Positions 21,553-31,893 of a stretch of DNA of 64,000 bases are shown here, one piece after another. The DNA is taken from the IMG/VR virus record IMGVR_UViG_3300025141_015556. One strand, 5' to 3'. The position numbers and the translations under genes are program-made. The stretch's first letter is position 1, and each line of letters starts with the position of its first letter. The stretch comes from a virus. The notes beneath the pieces are model-generated. The model did not search any database. It worked only from the letters and a program-made list of their open reading frames with translations, and was not told the DNA's origin.

Positions 21553-22229
21553 CTTTCTTTAAAAGCCTTATATTTTTTACGAAGTTTGTTCAAATTATTA
21601 ACTACCTGTTTAGTGTTAAGCCCGGTGAGTTCTCGTAAGTATAAATAAATAGCTTTCTTGTTAAAAATTTCTATATCCTCGGAACTTTCGAACAATATTT
21701 TAACTGCTTCTAAAACTTTTCGTTCGTTCTCTTTTATCATATCGTCGGACCAAGTTTTTACTTCTTCATAAAAATTATCCCAAAATTCTTTTTCTTCGCG
21801 GAGACGGTCATATTGTTTTTCTTGGGAGATTAGCCTCTCCTCCAAAGGATTGAGCATGTCCTCAAAATATATTTCTTTTTGGTTTCGCCGGGCATTTCTT
21901 TTAACTTTATGAATAAACCAATTTTTTGTTACAACAGAAAAATATGAAAATGCCTTAGACCCCTTGCTTGGATCATATTTATTTAAAATAGTGGTTAGCC
22001 ATATCTTGCAATCATCACGCAAAGAATCTATATTTGGCAAAGAGGTAAATCGATAAGTGAAAATTATCTTATTCACCATTTCATCAAGAGCCGGCTGAAT
22101 GAGATCTTTATACAGTACGCCGCGGCGGTCTCGGTCTGCTGTGTTGGAATATTCTATGATCGCTTCTTCATGAACCTTCGTAAAATAATAATTCTTATTC
22201 CGCTTCTTCTTTTTGGTACTCCGTGGCAT
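21531..22229 (-). CDS. Phage sigma factor for late transcription (T4 gp55-like)
   Basis: Sigma region-2-like motif KYDPSKGSKAFSYFSVVTKNWFI resembling the gp55 FDPEK...FAYFT motif; N-terminal NYYFT; 232 aa. Confidence 0.7.
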   Translation of the reverse strand: MPRSTKKKKRNKNYYFTKVHEEAIIEYSNTADRDRRGVLYKDLIQPALDEMVNKIIFTYRFTSLPNIDSLRDDCKIWLTTILNKYDPSKGSKAFSYFSVVTKNWFIHKVKRNARRNQKEIYFEDMLNPLEERLISQEKQYDRLREEKEFWDNFYEEVKTWSDDMIKENERKVLEAVKILFESSEDIEIFNKKAIYLYLRELTGLNTKQVVNNLNKLRKKYKAFKERWEKGEI

Positions 22230-22530
22230 CTTCCTCCTCTGCTAGCATTACTTCGGTTGTGAGACTATATATTTCTTCAAATTTTTCCAACTCTTCTCTC
22301 ACGATTTTTGTTCTTTCAATGAGTCCTTCAATTACCGGCTCACCATGATACATTTCCATTTGAAACAAATTATCAACATACTCTTCAAAGGAGCTAAAAA
22401 TGATATATAAATCGCCTAAATTATCGGATGTATAAAGCAGCTTTGATAAAATCTTTAAGATATACCATACAAAAACTATATTGAGTGCCACCGAGATTGC
22501 TAAAATTATTGGGATGTATAAGCCGCTCAT
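22195..22530 (-). CDS. Hypothetical protein with N-terminal transmembrane helix
   Basis: Hydrophobic N-terminus LYIPIILAISVALNIVFVWYIL followed by an acidic tail. Confidence 0.6.
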   Translation of the reverse strand: MSGLYIPIILAISVALNIVFVWYILKILSKLLYTSDNLGDLYIIFSSFEEYVDNLFQMEMYHGEPVIEGLIERTKIVREELEKFEEIYSLTTEVMLAEEEDATEYQKEEAE

Positions 22531-22781
22531 TGTCTTTTTTTCTCAAGCACTTCTTTTTGTTTTTGAAGATCTTTTCGAGCCTCTTTTATAAATTCTTCAG
22601 TCGCTTGGCCTATCTTCCCGTATTTTTTTTCTTTTTTTAGATTCAAATTGATTTTAGGTATTAACTTAATTAATGATTTTTTAGCACCACACTCCGTGCA
22701 ATCTTCCCACGTTTCAATATGCGGGTGCACGACTGTGCACTCATTTTTACATGAGTCACATCTATAAGAATACCTAGGCAT
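22527..22781 (-). CDS. FmdB family zinc-ribbon protein
   Basis: MPRYSYRCDSC...CTECG (MPxYxYxCxxC...CxxCG). Confidence 0.85.
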   Translation of the reverse strand: MPRYSYRCDSCKNECTVVHPHIETWEDCTECGAKKSLIKLIPKINLNLKKEKKYGKIGQATEEFIKEARKDLQKQKEVLEKKRQ

Positions 22782-22783
22782 TA

Positions 22784-23020
22784 TTAGTTCATGTCTTTAT
22801 CCGACAAGGTCGCGGTGGCGAACTCTTCAACATTCTTCACCTCAACGCCCTCTAAACTAACCACCGGAGGATTGGTTACCACCAGCGTACTGTGGCTAGA
22901 ATCTGCCGGATCGAATTGGAAATTCATTTCCCCCAAAAGGGGCACAATGTCTGTTTCTTCCATTAAACACTTTTGTAACGCCATCATTAAGGCTCCCATG
23001 GCTTGATTTCCTAATTTCAT
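22784..23020 (-). CDS. Hypothetical phage protein
   Basis: 78-aa ORF with AGGAG ribosome-binding site upstream. Confidence 0.6.
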   Translation of the reverse strand: MKLGNQAMGALMMALQKCLMEETDIVPLLGEMNFQFDPADSSHSTLVVTNPPVVSLEGVEVKNVEEFATATLSDKDMN

Positions 23021-23182
23021 TTACTTACTTCTCCTTTCGAGTTCTCGTAGCCGCCGATCAATGTCTTTTAAGTGCTTTTCCAATTCGCGAGCTTGAGTAC
23101 GAATGGCCGTCTCGACCATGGTCTCTGCGAGATCTTTTACGCGCTGTTCCGACAGCGTTACTGCCTTTTTAGCTGTTTTCAT
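23021..23182 (-). CDS. Small coiled-coil protein (53 aa, not in ORF track)
   Basis: Manual translation [53 protein letters not shown]; ATGA overlap with the upstream stop and TAA-ATG abutment downstream, filling the gap exactly. Confidence 0.7.
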   Translation of the reverse strand: MKTAKKAVTLSEQRVKDLAETMVETAIRTQARELEKHLKDIDRRLRELERRSK

Positions 23183-23496
23183 TTGATATTTTCCTTCCTT
23201 TCTTTAAAATATTCTATAGAATTTATTGATTTATCATCAATATATAGATCATAGTGAGGTTTCCCAAGTTTTAAATCGTGATGTTTGGCTCCCCACTCTT
23301 CTAGCTGATTTTTTGTTAATTCTGTCCAATCAATTTTAGTTTTACTTCCGCGCGCCGTCCAATATACAATTGTATTGCCCTCATCATAAAGTTTATTTAC
23401 TTTTACTATATTTTCTTGAATAGGAACGGCCTTTGGATATTCGCGTTCGTTTTCATAAAAACATATTGTTTCGTCTATATCAACATAAATTATCAC
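23179..23496 (-). CDS. Small HAD-superfamily phosphatase (capsule-biosynthesis phosphatase type)
   Basis: [11 protein letters not shown] (DxD), WTARG, KP..DLYIDDK. Confidence 0.85.
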   Translation of the reverse strand: MIIYVDIDETICFYENEREYPKAVPIQENIVKVNKLYDEGNTIVYWTARGSKTKIDWTELTKNQLEEWGAKHHDLKLGKPHYDLYIDDKSINSIEYFKERKENIK

Positions 23497-23885
23497 TTAT
23501 AATTCTCCAAAATATTAGTAGTTGAGTAATTTTTCATTCTATCAAAAAATAATATTTTTTTTGCATATTCCGCGCCAACTATTTTTTTTTCTTCCCAATC
23601 TGATCCGACTACCATTATATCAGGATTAATTTCTTTTATACAGTCCTCTAATTCCACCGGTGAGTCGAATATTCTTACCTCATCAATATGTTGTAGACAC
23701 TCTAATAAAAATTTTCGATCCTCTTGGGTGTTAACTGGTCGCTTGGAGCCCTTATCTTTTTTAACTTTTTTATCAGAATCGATCCCCACTATTAATTTAT
23801 CACCCATAGACCTTGCAAATTTAAACAATTCGGCGTGACCTCGATGAAGCACATCAAAACATCCGTTAGTCCAGACTACTTTCAT
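23493..23885 (-). CDS. Heptose-1-phosphate adenylyltransferase (HldE/RfaE domain II, stand-alone)
   Basis: [31 protein letters not shown]. Confidence 0.85.
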   Translation of the reverse strand: MKVVWTNGCFDVLHRGHAELFKFARSMGDKLIVGIDSDKKVKKDKGSKRPVNTQEDRKFLLECLQHIDEVRIFDSPVELEDCIKEINPDIMVVGSDWEEKKIVGAEYAKKILFFDRMKNYSTTNILENYK

Positions 23886-24625
23886 TTTAAAATGCTAACG
23901 CCCCTTCTTTGGACTACCAACGTGGCCGATTCATTGGCGAATTTGATTGATTCCTGCATGGAGCCGGTTTCAATATATTTAACCACCAAAGAGGCAACAA
24001 ACGTATCGCCGGCGCCAGATAAATCTTTTATTTGAACTTCGGGGACCGCGTAAATAACATTATTGTGGCGAGCGCCGCGAGGGCCCAGCGTAACGATTAA
24101 TTTTTCCTCAAGGACGTCGGTTAAGCGATCTTCAGAACGCCTATATTCTGCTTGATTGATTTTAATATAAGAGGTTTTCTCAGCCCAGGCGCCCAAAGTT
24201 TTTTTTGTGTCCAGAAAAACCACATTATGGTTGGAAGAAATATATTCTATGTGTTCTTCCAATAAAAATCCTTTATTGTAGTCTGATATAACCACGCCAT
24301 CGTAATTTGTAAATCTAATTTTTTTAAGTTTTTCAAATGCGATGGGCTCATACAAATCATCATTCTTATCCAGACGCATTAACATATGATTGGTTTTATA
24401 ATCTATAAATCTAGTTTTTGTTATGTCTTTCCAATTTTTGTTTGTACAAAGATCCGCTTCTGCCCCAAAACTTGCAATGTTTTTTTGAACATTCAGCGCC
24501 ATGCCGCCATTTTCAACCGTCTTAAAGGGATTAAAAATTGGGGCCGGCGCAGTTGGTTCTAGACGATCACAATTACCATAGACAAAAATGTCTCTGCAAC
24601 TGTCGCCTATCACCAAGATTTTCAT
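23882..24625 (-). CDS. PfkB-family kinase, HldE/RfaE domain I (heptose-7-phosphate kinase-like)
   Basis: ILVIGD...[32 protein letters not shown]. Confidence 0.85.
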   Translation of the reverse strand: MKILVIGDSCRDIFVYGNCDRLEPTAPAPIFNPFKTVENGGMALNVQKNIASFGAEADLCTNKNWKDITKTRFIDYKTNHMLMRLDKNDDLYEPIAFEKLKKIRFTNYDGVVISDYNKGFLLEEHIEYISSNHNVVFLDTKKTLGAWAEKTSYIKINQAEYRRSEDRLTDVLEEKLIVTLGPRGARHNNVIYAVPEVQIKDLSGAGDTFVASLVVKYIETGSMQESIKFANESATLVVQRRGVSILK

Positions 24626-24626
24626 G

Positions 24627-25862
24627 TCAGCCTCTCACAACGTCACAGATGAAGCTTATCTCATGTGGGAGTAGTTCGGGGTAGTTTGGCAAAAAGAACC
24701 CCGTAGAATGGATCCTGTCGCTCATAGGGGCCTCAAATTCACCATATAGGTCAGCCCAGAACGGATGGCGGCCGAGATTCCCAGCGCTAAAGATTCTCGT
24801 CTCAATCCCATTCTCAATCAATCTTTTAACAATTTCTTTTCTGTGTTCTGTGCTTTTAGCTAGCGCGCCAAACGAAATGGAAACTGGATTATTGTCGCCC
24901 CAATCCTGAAATTCTACACACCCCTCTAGTTCCGCTGCATATTGTAGATGATTTCGATTCCTTTTTTTGGCAACCCATTCGGCACGTTCAATTTGCTTTA
25001 TGCCCAAAAACGCTTGTAAATCGGTTGATCTTAAATTAAATCCGGGCACAAAAAAGGTAAAGGGCTTATGAAAATCGTCTACTTGATATTCCTCGATCAT
25101 TGCTTCATAAACGCCAGAATCAAGGTCTTTACCCCATCCATGGCTCCGCAACATTAATAAAATCTGTTGAAGTTCCATATCATTTGTATTAACCATTCCC
25201 CCTTCAATCGTAGATAATTGATGTCCAAAATAAAAAGAAAACGAAGACATGTCGCCAACTGTTCCAACTTTGGCTCCGTCAGCATAAGATGCGCCCAATG
25301 CTGCGCAAGCATCTTCCATTAAAAAGAAGCCATATTTTTCTTTAAGCTGTAGAATCCTCTCTCTATGGTGCGGAACACCAAGAACCTGAACAAAAATAAC
25401 TGCGTCGGGATTCTCCTTTTTACAAATCTTCTCCAGCTCGTCTAGGTCAATTCCATAGGTTTTTTTGTCTGCTTCAACCATTATCGGTTCTAAACCAAAT
25501 TGAATAGCGGGAGCAATGGTGGTCACCCAGCCCACAGATGGAACGACTATTTTTTTGTTTTCTATTTTACCGGCCATCATCGCGGCATAGATCATCAACA
25601 GATTGGCGGAAGAACCAGAATTATTAAAAACAGCAAATCTAGTTCCAATAAACTCGGCCCACTTTTTTTCTATCCCTGGCGTTAAATTGCCCTTTGTAAG
25701 CCTAGGATACGACTTAAGCCAATTACAAAGATCATCAATATCCTTTTCGTTGATGGTTTCTTTGGCTAATGGATATTTAATTTCAGGCGCCTTGTTTGGA
25801 TCGGCCGCAGGATCATACTCTTTAACACCATGTTTGCCCAATTCAATATATTTAACACTCAT
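24627..25862 (-). CDS. DegT/DnrJ-fold PLP/PMP enzyme, ColD-like NDP-4-keto-6-deoxyhexose 3-dehydratase
   Basis: NSGSSANLL, EDACAALG; SFSFYFGHQLSTIEGG has His at the usual Schiff-base Lys position. Start moved to ATG 25862 (ATGA overlap). Confidence 0.8.
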   Translation of the reverse strand: MSVKYIELGKHGVKEYDPAADPNKAPEIKYPLAKETINEKDIDDLCNWLKSYPRLTKGNLTPGIEKKWAEFIGTRFAVFNNSGSSANLLMIYAAMMAGKIENKKIVVPSVGWVTTIAPAIQFGLEPIMVEADKKTYGIDLDELEKICKKENPDAVIFVQVLGVPHHRERILQLKEKYGFFLMEDACAALGASYADGAKVGTVGDMSSFSFYFGHQLSTIEGGMVNTNDMELQQILLMLRSHGWGKDLDSGVYEAMIEEYQVDDFHKPFTFFVPGFNLRSTDLQAFLGIKQIERAEWVAKKRNRNHLQYAAELEGCVEFQDWGDNNPVSISFGALAKSTEHRKEIVKRLIENGIETRIFSAGNLGRHPFWADLYGEFEAPMSDRIHSTGFFLPNYPELLPHEISFICDVVRG

Positions 25863-26863
25863 TCTTTTCTCCCAAATTGGCATTGACACCATGGTGCACG
25901 GGCCGCACCATCTATTGCGCCCGCAATCGCGTCGACCTGTTCGAAGGCAAATGTTTCATTTCCATATAGATCTCCCCAGTCTCCGACATATTCATCTGCA
26001 TCCTCTATTATTTCTTCATAATTTAGATCATCCACCCAATCGCCTACCTGTAATTTGTAGGAACCGCCGCGAACGCGCTTGTTGGGGAAGTATTCAACCC
26101 ACTTCATAATAGTGTCTATAAATTCGGGAGGAGCTTTGAATTGCAATTCATATAATTCTTGCTTTACCACGTGAACATCAGAAAAAGAATACTTCTTACT
26201 AAAAAATGATATCATTTTTTTACCGACCAGATCTTTTAAAAATTTTTCGGGGTCGGCGGAGATCTTTTCTTTTATCATATCGTTGTGGTAGACGCGCTGT
26301 TCTAAAAACTCTTTTAAAATTTCTGGTTTCTTTTCAACATACTTTATGATAAATTCAAGAACGGCGCTATAAACACCGGGCCAATGACCCCCGTGTAAAT
26401 TAAATTCATCTCCGGTGATATATCCTCCCTTTTTCACTTTCGGAAGCCAATGCGCCAAATCGGCTTTTGCATCTTTATATTCGTATGAAGCGTCGAAATG
26501 GATCCAATCAAAATAATGATTTTCAAACTTTTTTGACGCTTCTACGGAATAATCTTGAATCAACGTAACGCCACCCTTATCAGAAAAATAATCAAACGTC
26601 ACTTCTTTATGTTTCTTGGTGTCCCATCTTTTGTTACTCCATTCACACATATCCCATGGGTCAATCAAATAAAGTTCTTTAGGAGCGCATAACTCATAGA
26701 TAGCGGCTGCATTATCACCTCTATCTACTCCTATTTCTGCTACTATAGCATTTGAAGGCAAAGTTTCATATAGAGCCTCCCTTGAAGAGGATGCCTCTTT
26801 ATATGGAACTCCTCCATCTGTCAACATTTTTATATATTCTGCTTTGGTTGGGCCTATACTCAT
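25859..26863 (-). CDS. Class I SAM-dependent methyltransferase (Methyltransf_24-like)
   Basis: AEIGVDRG, LYLIDPW, FDWIHFDA.YEY, WLPKVKKGGYITG. Confidence 0.8.
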   Translation of the reverse strand: MSIGPTKAEYIKMLTDGGVPYKEASSSREALYETLPSNAIVAEIGVDRGDNAAAIYELCAPKELYLIDPWDMCEWSNKRWDTKKHKEVTFDYFSDKGGVTLIQDYSVEASKKFENHYFDWIHFDASYEYKDAKADLAHWLPKVKKGGYITGDEFNLHGGHWPGVYSAVLEFIIKYVEKKPEILKEFLEQRVYHNDMIKEKISADPEKFLKDLVGKKMISFFSKKYSFSDVHVVKQELYELQFKAPPEFIDTIMKWVEYFPNKRVRGGSYKLQVGDWVDDLNYEEIIEDADEYVGDWGDLYGNETFAFEQVDAIAGAIDGAARAPWCQCQFGRKE

Positions 26864-26876
26864 AATTTATTTTCTC

Positions 26877-27407
26877 CTATAGACAAATCCCCGAAAAAAA
26901 CACGCCATTCTTGTCTCTTTCAGAAAGAATTGGGTTTGTAATTGCCCAATCAATATTCAATGTTGGATCGTCCCAAGCTATTGTAACCTGTTCTTCTGGC
27001 CCCTTATAGTGTTCAGACCATTTATAATAAAAAACACATTTATCAGATAAACACAAATGTGCATTAACACAACCGGCTGGCACTATTACCACCATCGGTT
27101 CATTATCAGAAATTAAATATGTTTCTACATTCCCATAGGTTCTTGAATCCTTACGGGTATCAACTATTGCCAATTGAAATTGGCCACTTAGGCACGTTAT
27201 AAGCTTTGCTGTATGGGGGTCGCCATGAAAACCCCTAAGTACTCCAAATCTAGAAATAGTTATTTTATCGGCGACAAAATTTAAATCTGTATAATCGTCG
27301 GTATACACAGTCCAAATTTCTCCTCGATAATCTTTAAATGTATCGAGAGTAATGCTCTTCAGGCCATCAATTTTTGTTGATTCAGTTACTGTCTTTATTA
27401 TCTTCAT
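26877..27407 (-). CDS. rmlC: dTDP-4-dehydrorhamnose 3,5-epimerase family
   Basis: FKDYRG, GVLRGFH, VDTRKDSRTYG, WDDPTLNIDW, PILSERD. Confidence 0.85.
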   Translation of the reverse strand: MKIIKTVTESTKIDGLKSITLDTFKDYRGEIWTVYTDDYTDLNFVADKITISRFGVLRGFHGDPHTAKLITCLSGQFQLAIVDTRKDSRTYGNVETYLISDNEPMVVIVPAGCVNAHLCLSDKCVFYYKWSEHYKGPEEQVTIAWDDPTLNIDWAITNPILSERDKNGVFFSGICL

Positions 27408-28344
27408 ATAACACTTGTATCTTGTCGTATATGTCTTCGACGCTCAGCCCGTTGGTGTCAAGCAGGTGATCACGAGTGCCGTTTTCAAAAATATATCTTT
27501 CCGGCAGGCCAATTCTCAATACGCGTTTTTGTGAATTTAGGTCTGCCATAGTTTCACAAATCGCTGAGCCAAACCCACCAAACAAATTCTGTTCCTCGAT
27601 GGTTACAACAGTGTCTTTATCACTCAACGCCGCTTCAAGTGCTTCGGTGTTAATGGGCTTAATCTTAAACAGATCGACCACAGAAACATGTTTCCCTTCT
27701 GCAGTTAGTCGATTCGCAACATCTAGAGCGCGCCCCAGCATGTAGCCACTAGAAAGAATGCAAATTTTTGGGCCAGTGCCGGATCCATGTTTTATGGTCG
27801 TTAGGCCGCGGCTAAGAATATCTTCATTTACATCGAGCATGTGAAGCATTTGCGGATATGATCTTTCTAGCCTGATATATCTAAACCTTATAGGGTGTCG
27901 GCATGTTATTTCCACCAGCGCCTCCGCGGTAGCAGAGTTACACGGAGAATATATCTCAATATCACAGAGCGATCTCATGTAGGCTATATCTTCTGTGGGG
28001 CAGTGTGCTGGGCCGGCCGGAGTGTACCCCAGCGCTATGCCGTTTCCGAGTACCGTAATGGGATTGTTTGCCATCGCGCAGGAGTATCGAAGCTGCTCGA
28101 AACACCGAGCGGACCACGCCGCCATGTAATAAATGTAAACTTTTTTCCCAGTTGCTGACAAACCGGCGGCAAAATTTATCGCGTTCTGCTCTGATATGCC
28201 AGCTGCAAAGAACTGCTGTGGAAGTTCTTGGCGCCATCGATCCAATGAAGGGGCGCCCATATCAACAGATATTAAAATTATACTTTTATCTTTTTTCGCC
28301 TTTTCAAACAGAGCAGAAATAAAGGCGTCTCTCTGAGCTTTCAA
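27382..28344 (-). CDS. Split transketolase-like enzyme, C-terminal (pyrimidine-binding) subunit
   Basis: RDAF, GISEQNAINFAAGLS, GPAH..TEDIA, GGFGSAI; likely TTG start at 28344 after GGAGG. Confidence 0.85.
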   Translation of the reverse strand: MKAQRDAFISALFEKAKKDKSIILISVDMGAPSLDRWRQELPQQFFAAGISEQNAINFAAGLSATGKKVYIYYMAAWSARCFEQLRYSCAMANNPITVLGNGIALGYTPAGPAHCPTEDIAYMRSLCDIEIYSPCNSATAEALVEITCRHPIRFRYIRLERSYPQMLHMLDVNEDILSRGLTTIKHGSGTGPKICILSSGYMLGRALDVANRLTAEGKHVSVVDLFKIKPINTEALEAALSDKDTVVTIEEQNLFGGFGSAICETMADLNSQKRVLRIGLPERYIFENGTRDHLLDTNGLSVEDIYDKIQVLYEDNKDSN

Positions 28345-29102
28345 CTTAATTCCTCCAGACCTATTCTTATTAACTCTTCTTCTTTGGGAATAATTGTATG
28401 ATATTGCCAAACGTCTTCCATATAACTAACCCCTTTGCCTTTGATAGTGTTGGCTATAACCACCTGGGGGGTTGTGGCCTCTTTTGAAAAAACACTTCTT
28501 AGGTCGTCAAAGTTATGGCCATCGATTGTTACCGCGTCGAATCCAAAACTCTTAAACTTCTCTTCCAGCGGCTCTAATTTTAATAACTCTTCCGTCTTTC
28601 CTAAAATTCCCATCTTATTTCGATCAACAATTACGCGCAAATTGTTTATATTGTGATGAGCGATAAACATCAGGCTCTCCCAGATCGATCCTTCGTATAG
28701 TTCAGCATCTCCAACAACCACATAAACGTTTTTGCCGCTGCCATATGCCACGCCGGTTCCATAACCAAGACCATTCCCTAGCGAGCCGCCAACAAAATGA
28801 CACCCTGGAATGGTGGAATCGGAATGCAAACGCAGTATTCCTTCGGGTGTGCAATATTTTTCTAGTTCTTCGGCACTATAATACCCCAAGTCGGCTAAAA
28901 TAGGGTATAAAGTGGGAGACCCGTGTCCCTTGCTGAACAACAAAATGTCCTTTTTGTGGTCAAACAAGGTATTTTCATCAAAATATAACGAAATTAATAT
29001 GTCCACACTGGACAAACAGCTCGCCAAATGGCCCGCTTTTGCCCTTGTTTTGAACTCAAAAATCCTTTTTCTAACCGATTTTGCGGCTTTTTCCAAATCC
29101 AT
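28341..29102 (-). CDS. Split transketolase-like enzyme, N-terminal TPP-binding subunit
   Basis: GHLASCLS, FSKGHG, GSLGNGLG, TPP motif GDAELYEGSIWE...N, TIKGKG. Confidence 0.88.
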   Translation of the reverse strand: MDLEKAAKSVRKRIFEFKTRAKAGHLASCLSSVDILISLYFDENTLFDHKKDILLFSKGHGSPTLYPILADLGYYSAEELEKYCTPEGILRLHSDSTIPGCHFVGGSLGNGLGYGTGVAYGSGKNVYVVVGDAELYEGSIWESLMFIAHHNINNLRVIVDRNKMGILGKTEELLKLEPLEEKFKSFGFDAVTIDGHNFDDLRSVFSKEATTPQVVIANTIKGKGVSYMEDVWQYHTIIPKEEELIRIGLEELS

Positions 29103-29108
29103 CGTTGT

Positions 29109-30659
29109 TTAATCCCCCAAAATTTGCCTTTTAAGGCGTATTTTTGTCATTTCTTCAATATTGCTACGAGCAACAGTACCATACTTATTTTCAATTTTTT
29201 CCAAAAAGGGTGGATAAGAATGATACGTTATAAATGCCTCATCTCTAAACTTTAAAATTTCTTCTGGAGAAAGACTAAATGTTGGAAGCGGCTTTGTGTT
29301 GTAAGAATGAAAAGAGTAACCGGCATAATCATCTGGTAGCTCCACTCCGGACGTCCTGGCATCTTTGTATAATTGACTTCCCGGAAGTGCCATGGCGGCA
29401 TACATATTCCATGCCAACGTGTTCAATTCCAGGCTTAAGTCTAGTGTCTTCTGCATTGTTTCGGGGGTGTCGCCCGGTAGGCCAACCAAATAATTAGCAA
29501 TAATTTCAATATCGGAATCGTGAACCTTTTTAACCACATCTTGGATGTCTACATCTTGGAATTTGCCCTTGGTGACCTCTAGACGAACTTTGCGGTCTGC
29601 GGATTCAATACCCAAACAAAGCCACTTAATTCCCGCTTCTCTAACTAGCTTTAGGTTCTCGGGATCACGGATGGTGTCAATTCGAGAATACGCCCACATG
29701 CTTAATTTCTCACCATAGCCGCGCTCCTTCAAAAGTTTACAGAGCGGAATATAATATCTCTTATTTAACAGGAACATTTCATCGCTAATTCTTAATGTTT
29801 CAACCCCCATATCGACAAGCTTATCAAATTCTTTGATTATAAACTCCGGAGACCAAAATCTCATTTTAGAATAATTTGACGCAACCCCAATAGGATCATT
29901 ATCGCTTCTATTAATAATGTTAATCATACAAAAACTACAATTGAACTGACAGCCCAGAGAGGTATAAATGGCAGCAAATGGAGTTCTTCTTTCGTGTTGA
30001 TACTCCGCATGCCAAAAATGAGCACGATACAAATCCAAGGGCTCTTTATCATACGGTAAAAGATCCCAAGCATAGCCGGGAAGGTCTTCGTCCATCCTGT
30101 CTTGTGGAACAATCACTTCTGGGTCTGTCAAAAACGCTTTCCCGTTTTTTCTAAAGCCAATACCCTTAATGTGCGCAAGCTGGTCAAGGTTGCTTAAATC
30201 AAAATTTTGCGATAACAGGTTTCGAAGCGCATAAACACCCTCATTTGTAAAAGCAATGTCTATGGAATCCTCTGTATCGAGCACCTCATAGGGGAGTGCT
30301 TGAACGTGCGAACCTAGCAGCCCAATAGGAACGTCAACACCCGACTCTTTAAGAGCCGTCGCAGCTTTAATTGTACCACTCATATTAACAGTCCCAGAAT
30401 TAGGATTCTGCCCATAAACCACAAAACAAACCAATCGAGGGTTAAGTTCTCTTATCCGATTGACAACTTGTTGGCTTGTTATCCTTTCTGCCAGCATGTC
30501 TAATATAGCCACGCTATATCCAACCGACCGGCACGATTCTGCCAACAGCAGCGACCACGTTGGCGTTTCAACCGCCGAATAATCATCTGCCAACCCCTGG
30601 TATATTTCTTTAGAATTACCAGGATTGACAAACACAACATCTAATTTCTTCATTTTCAC
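29109..30659 (-). CDS. Cobalamin-binding radical SAM enzyme (class B methyltransferase-like)
   Basis: N-terminal B12-binding-like domain; TSLGCQFNCSFC (CxxxCxxC); LGIESA; GLPGDT. Confidence 0.88.
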   Translation of the reverse strand: MKMKKLDVVFVNPGNSKEIYQGLADDYSAVETPTWSLLLAESCRSVGYSVAILDMLAERITSQQVVNRIRELNPRLVCFVVYGQNPNSGTVNMSGTIKAATALKESGVDVPIGLLGSHVQALPYEVLDTEDSIDIAFTNEGVYALRNLLSQNFDLSNLDQLAHIKGIGFRKNGKAFLTDPEVIVPQDRMDEDLPGYAWDLLPYDKEPLDLYRAHFWHAEYQHERRTPFAAIYTSLGCQFNCSFCMINIINRSDNDPIGVASNYSKMRFWSPEFIIKEFDKLVDMGVETLRISDEMFLLNKRYYIPLCKLLKERGYGEKLSMWAYSRIDTIRDPENLKLVREAGIKWLCLGIESADRKVRLEVTKGKFQDVDIQDVVKKVHDSDIEIIANYLVGLPGDTPETMQKTLDLSLELNTLAWNMYAAMALPGSQLYKDARTSGVELPDDYAGYSFHSYNTKPLPTFSLSPEEILKFRDEAFITYHSYPPFLEKIENKYGTVARSNIEEMTKIRLKRQILGD

Positions 30660-30662
30660 CTC

Positions 30663-31592
30663 TCAATAATTAGCATACCACGGAGCTTTAATTATATCAT
30701 ATGCCTTAACCAATTGTTGAATTCCCAAATCTAAATCGTTTTCACACTTAAACCCCATAGAATAGAATTTTTCACTACTCACAATGTAATCGCGTTTATC
30801 TAAGTCCTCTGTGAACTCTGCCCTTATAATCTCCAAAGGAATATGTTTTTGGATTGTCTCCGCTAGCTGCAGCTTGTTCATATTCAATGAATCGTTACCT
30901 ACATTATAAGTTTCATTCTTACACTTCTCCCAGTTGTCAATCACAAATCTGAACGATCGACATATATCATGTAGGTGTACATAGTTTCTCATAAATTCAC
31001 ATTCGTAAAGCACCAGCACCTTTTCATCAAGTGCCTTCAAAACAAAGTTGTTCACCAACAAATCGGTTCTCATCCTAGAAGAGGGCCCAAACACCGTGGC
31101 CAACCTAAACGTAATATGGTTTTCAACATTTCTATACTCTTGCTCTCCCGCAACTTTAGTTTTACCATAAAGAGAGATAGGATTTAAGGGGGACTCTTCC
31201 GTGCAAAAACTGCCCCTTTCCCCGACACCGTAGCCGGAATTTGTACAGGGGTAGATAACCATTTGATCTTTTGATTTATTTTTCGCTATCCGTGCATTAA
31301 CTTCATGATTGATCTCTTTTGCCTCTTCCGGATTATCACGGCAAAGCGGAAAGCCGACCAGCGCCGCTAGCGGTATTATAATATCAGCATCGGCGAGACA
31401 AGAATTTAATAGTTTGCGATTCCTTACGTCCCCTTTTATAAATTTAAATTTTGGGTGCGAAATGTATCTCAACAAAGACGTCGTATCATACATTAATGTA
31501 TCTAAACAACTGACCTCATGACCATCCCTAAGTAGATAATCCGTTAATTCGCTCCCAATGTAGCCGGCGCCACCTGTAATCAAAACCCTCAT
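30663..31592 (-). CDS. NAD-dependent nucleotide-sugar epimerase/reductase
   Basis: GGAGYIGS, YGKTK, RLATVFG.S.RMR.DLLVN. Confidence 0.88.
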   Translation of the reverse strand: MRVLITGGAGYIGSELTDYLLRDGHEVSCLDTLMYDTTSLLRYISHPKFKFIKGDVRNRKLLNSCLADADIIIPLAALVGFPLCRDNPEEAKEINHEVNARIAKNKSKDQMVIYPCTNSGYGVGERGSFCTEESPLNPISLYGKTKVAGEQEYRNVENHITFRLATVFGPSSRMRTDLLVNNFVLKALDEKVLVLYECEFMRNYVHLHDICRSFRFVIDNWEKCKNETYNVGNDSLNMNKLQLAETIQKHIPLEIIRAEFTEDLDKRDYIVSSEKFYSMGFKCENDLDLGIQQLVKAYDIIKAPWYANY

Positions 31593-31593
31593 T

Positions 31594-31893
31594 TTACCAC
31601 TCTATCTTCCCCGTTAATATGTCTTTTAACATAACCCAGTCACAAACCTTGGCCCACAACGGCTTTGACCAAGCCGCGGGCGTACTCTTCTCAAAAAACA
31701 AGTGGCCAGCCCAAGCAAAAGGATAAACCACAAACGGTGCCGCTAAAAGCAGAAGCCATTTTTGTGCTACAATTGCATATACTAGTGTGAGCACAGTTGC
31801 CAGTTGCCCCAACACGTGTAATCTACGATTATTCCTATTCGTATGCAAAAGAAGATAATATTCGTAATATCTCCAAAATTCTAATTTATCCAT
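31594..31893 (-). CDS. DUF962/Mpo1-like small membrane protein
   Basis: H...NRRLH..G, YPFAWAGHLFFEK..PA. Confidence 0.75.
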   Translation of the reverse strand: MDKLEFWRYYEYYLLLHTNRNNRRLHVLGQLATVLTLVYAIVAQKWLLLLAAPFVVYPFAWAGHLFFEKSTPAAWSKPLWAKVCDWVMLKDILTGKIEW

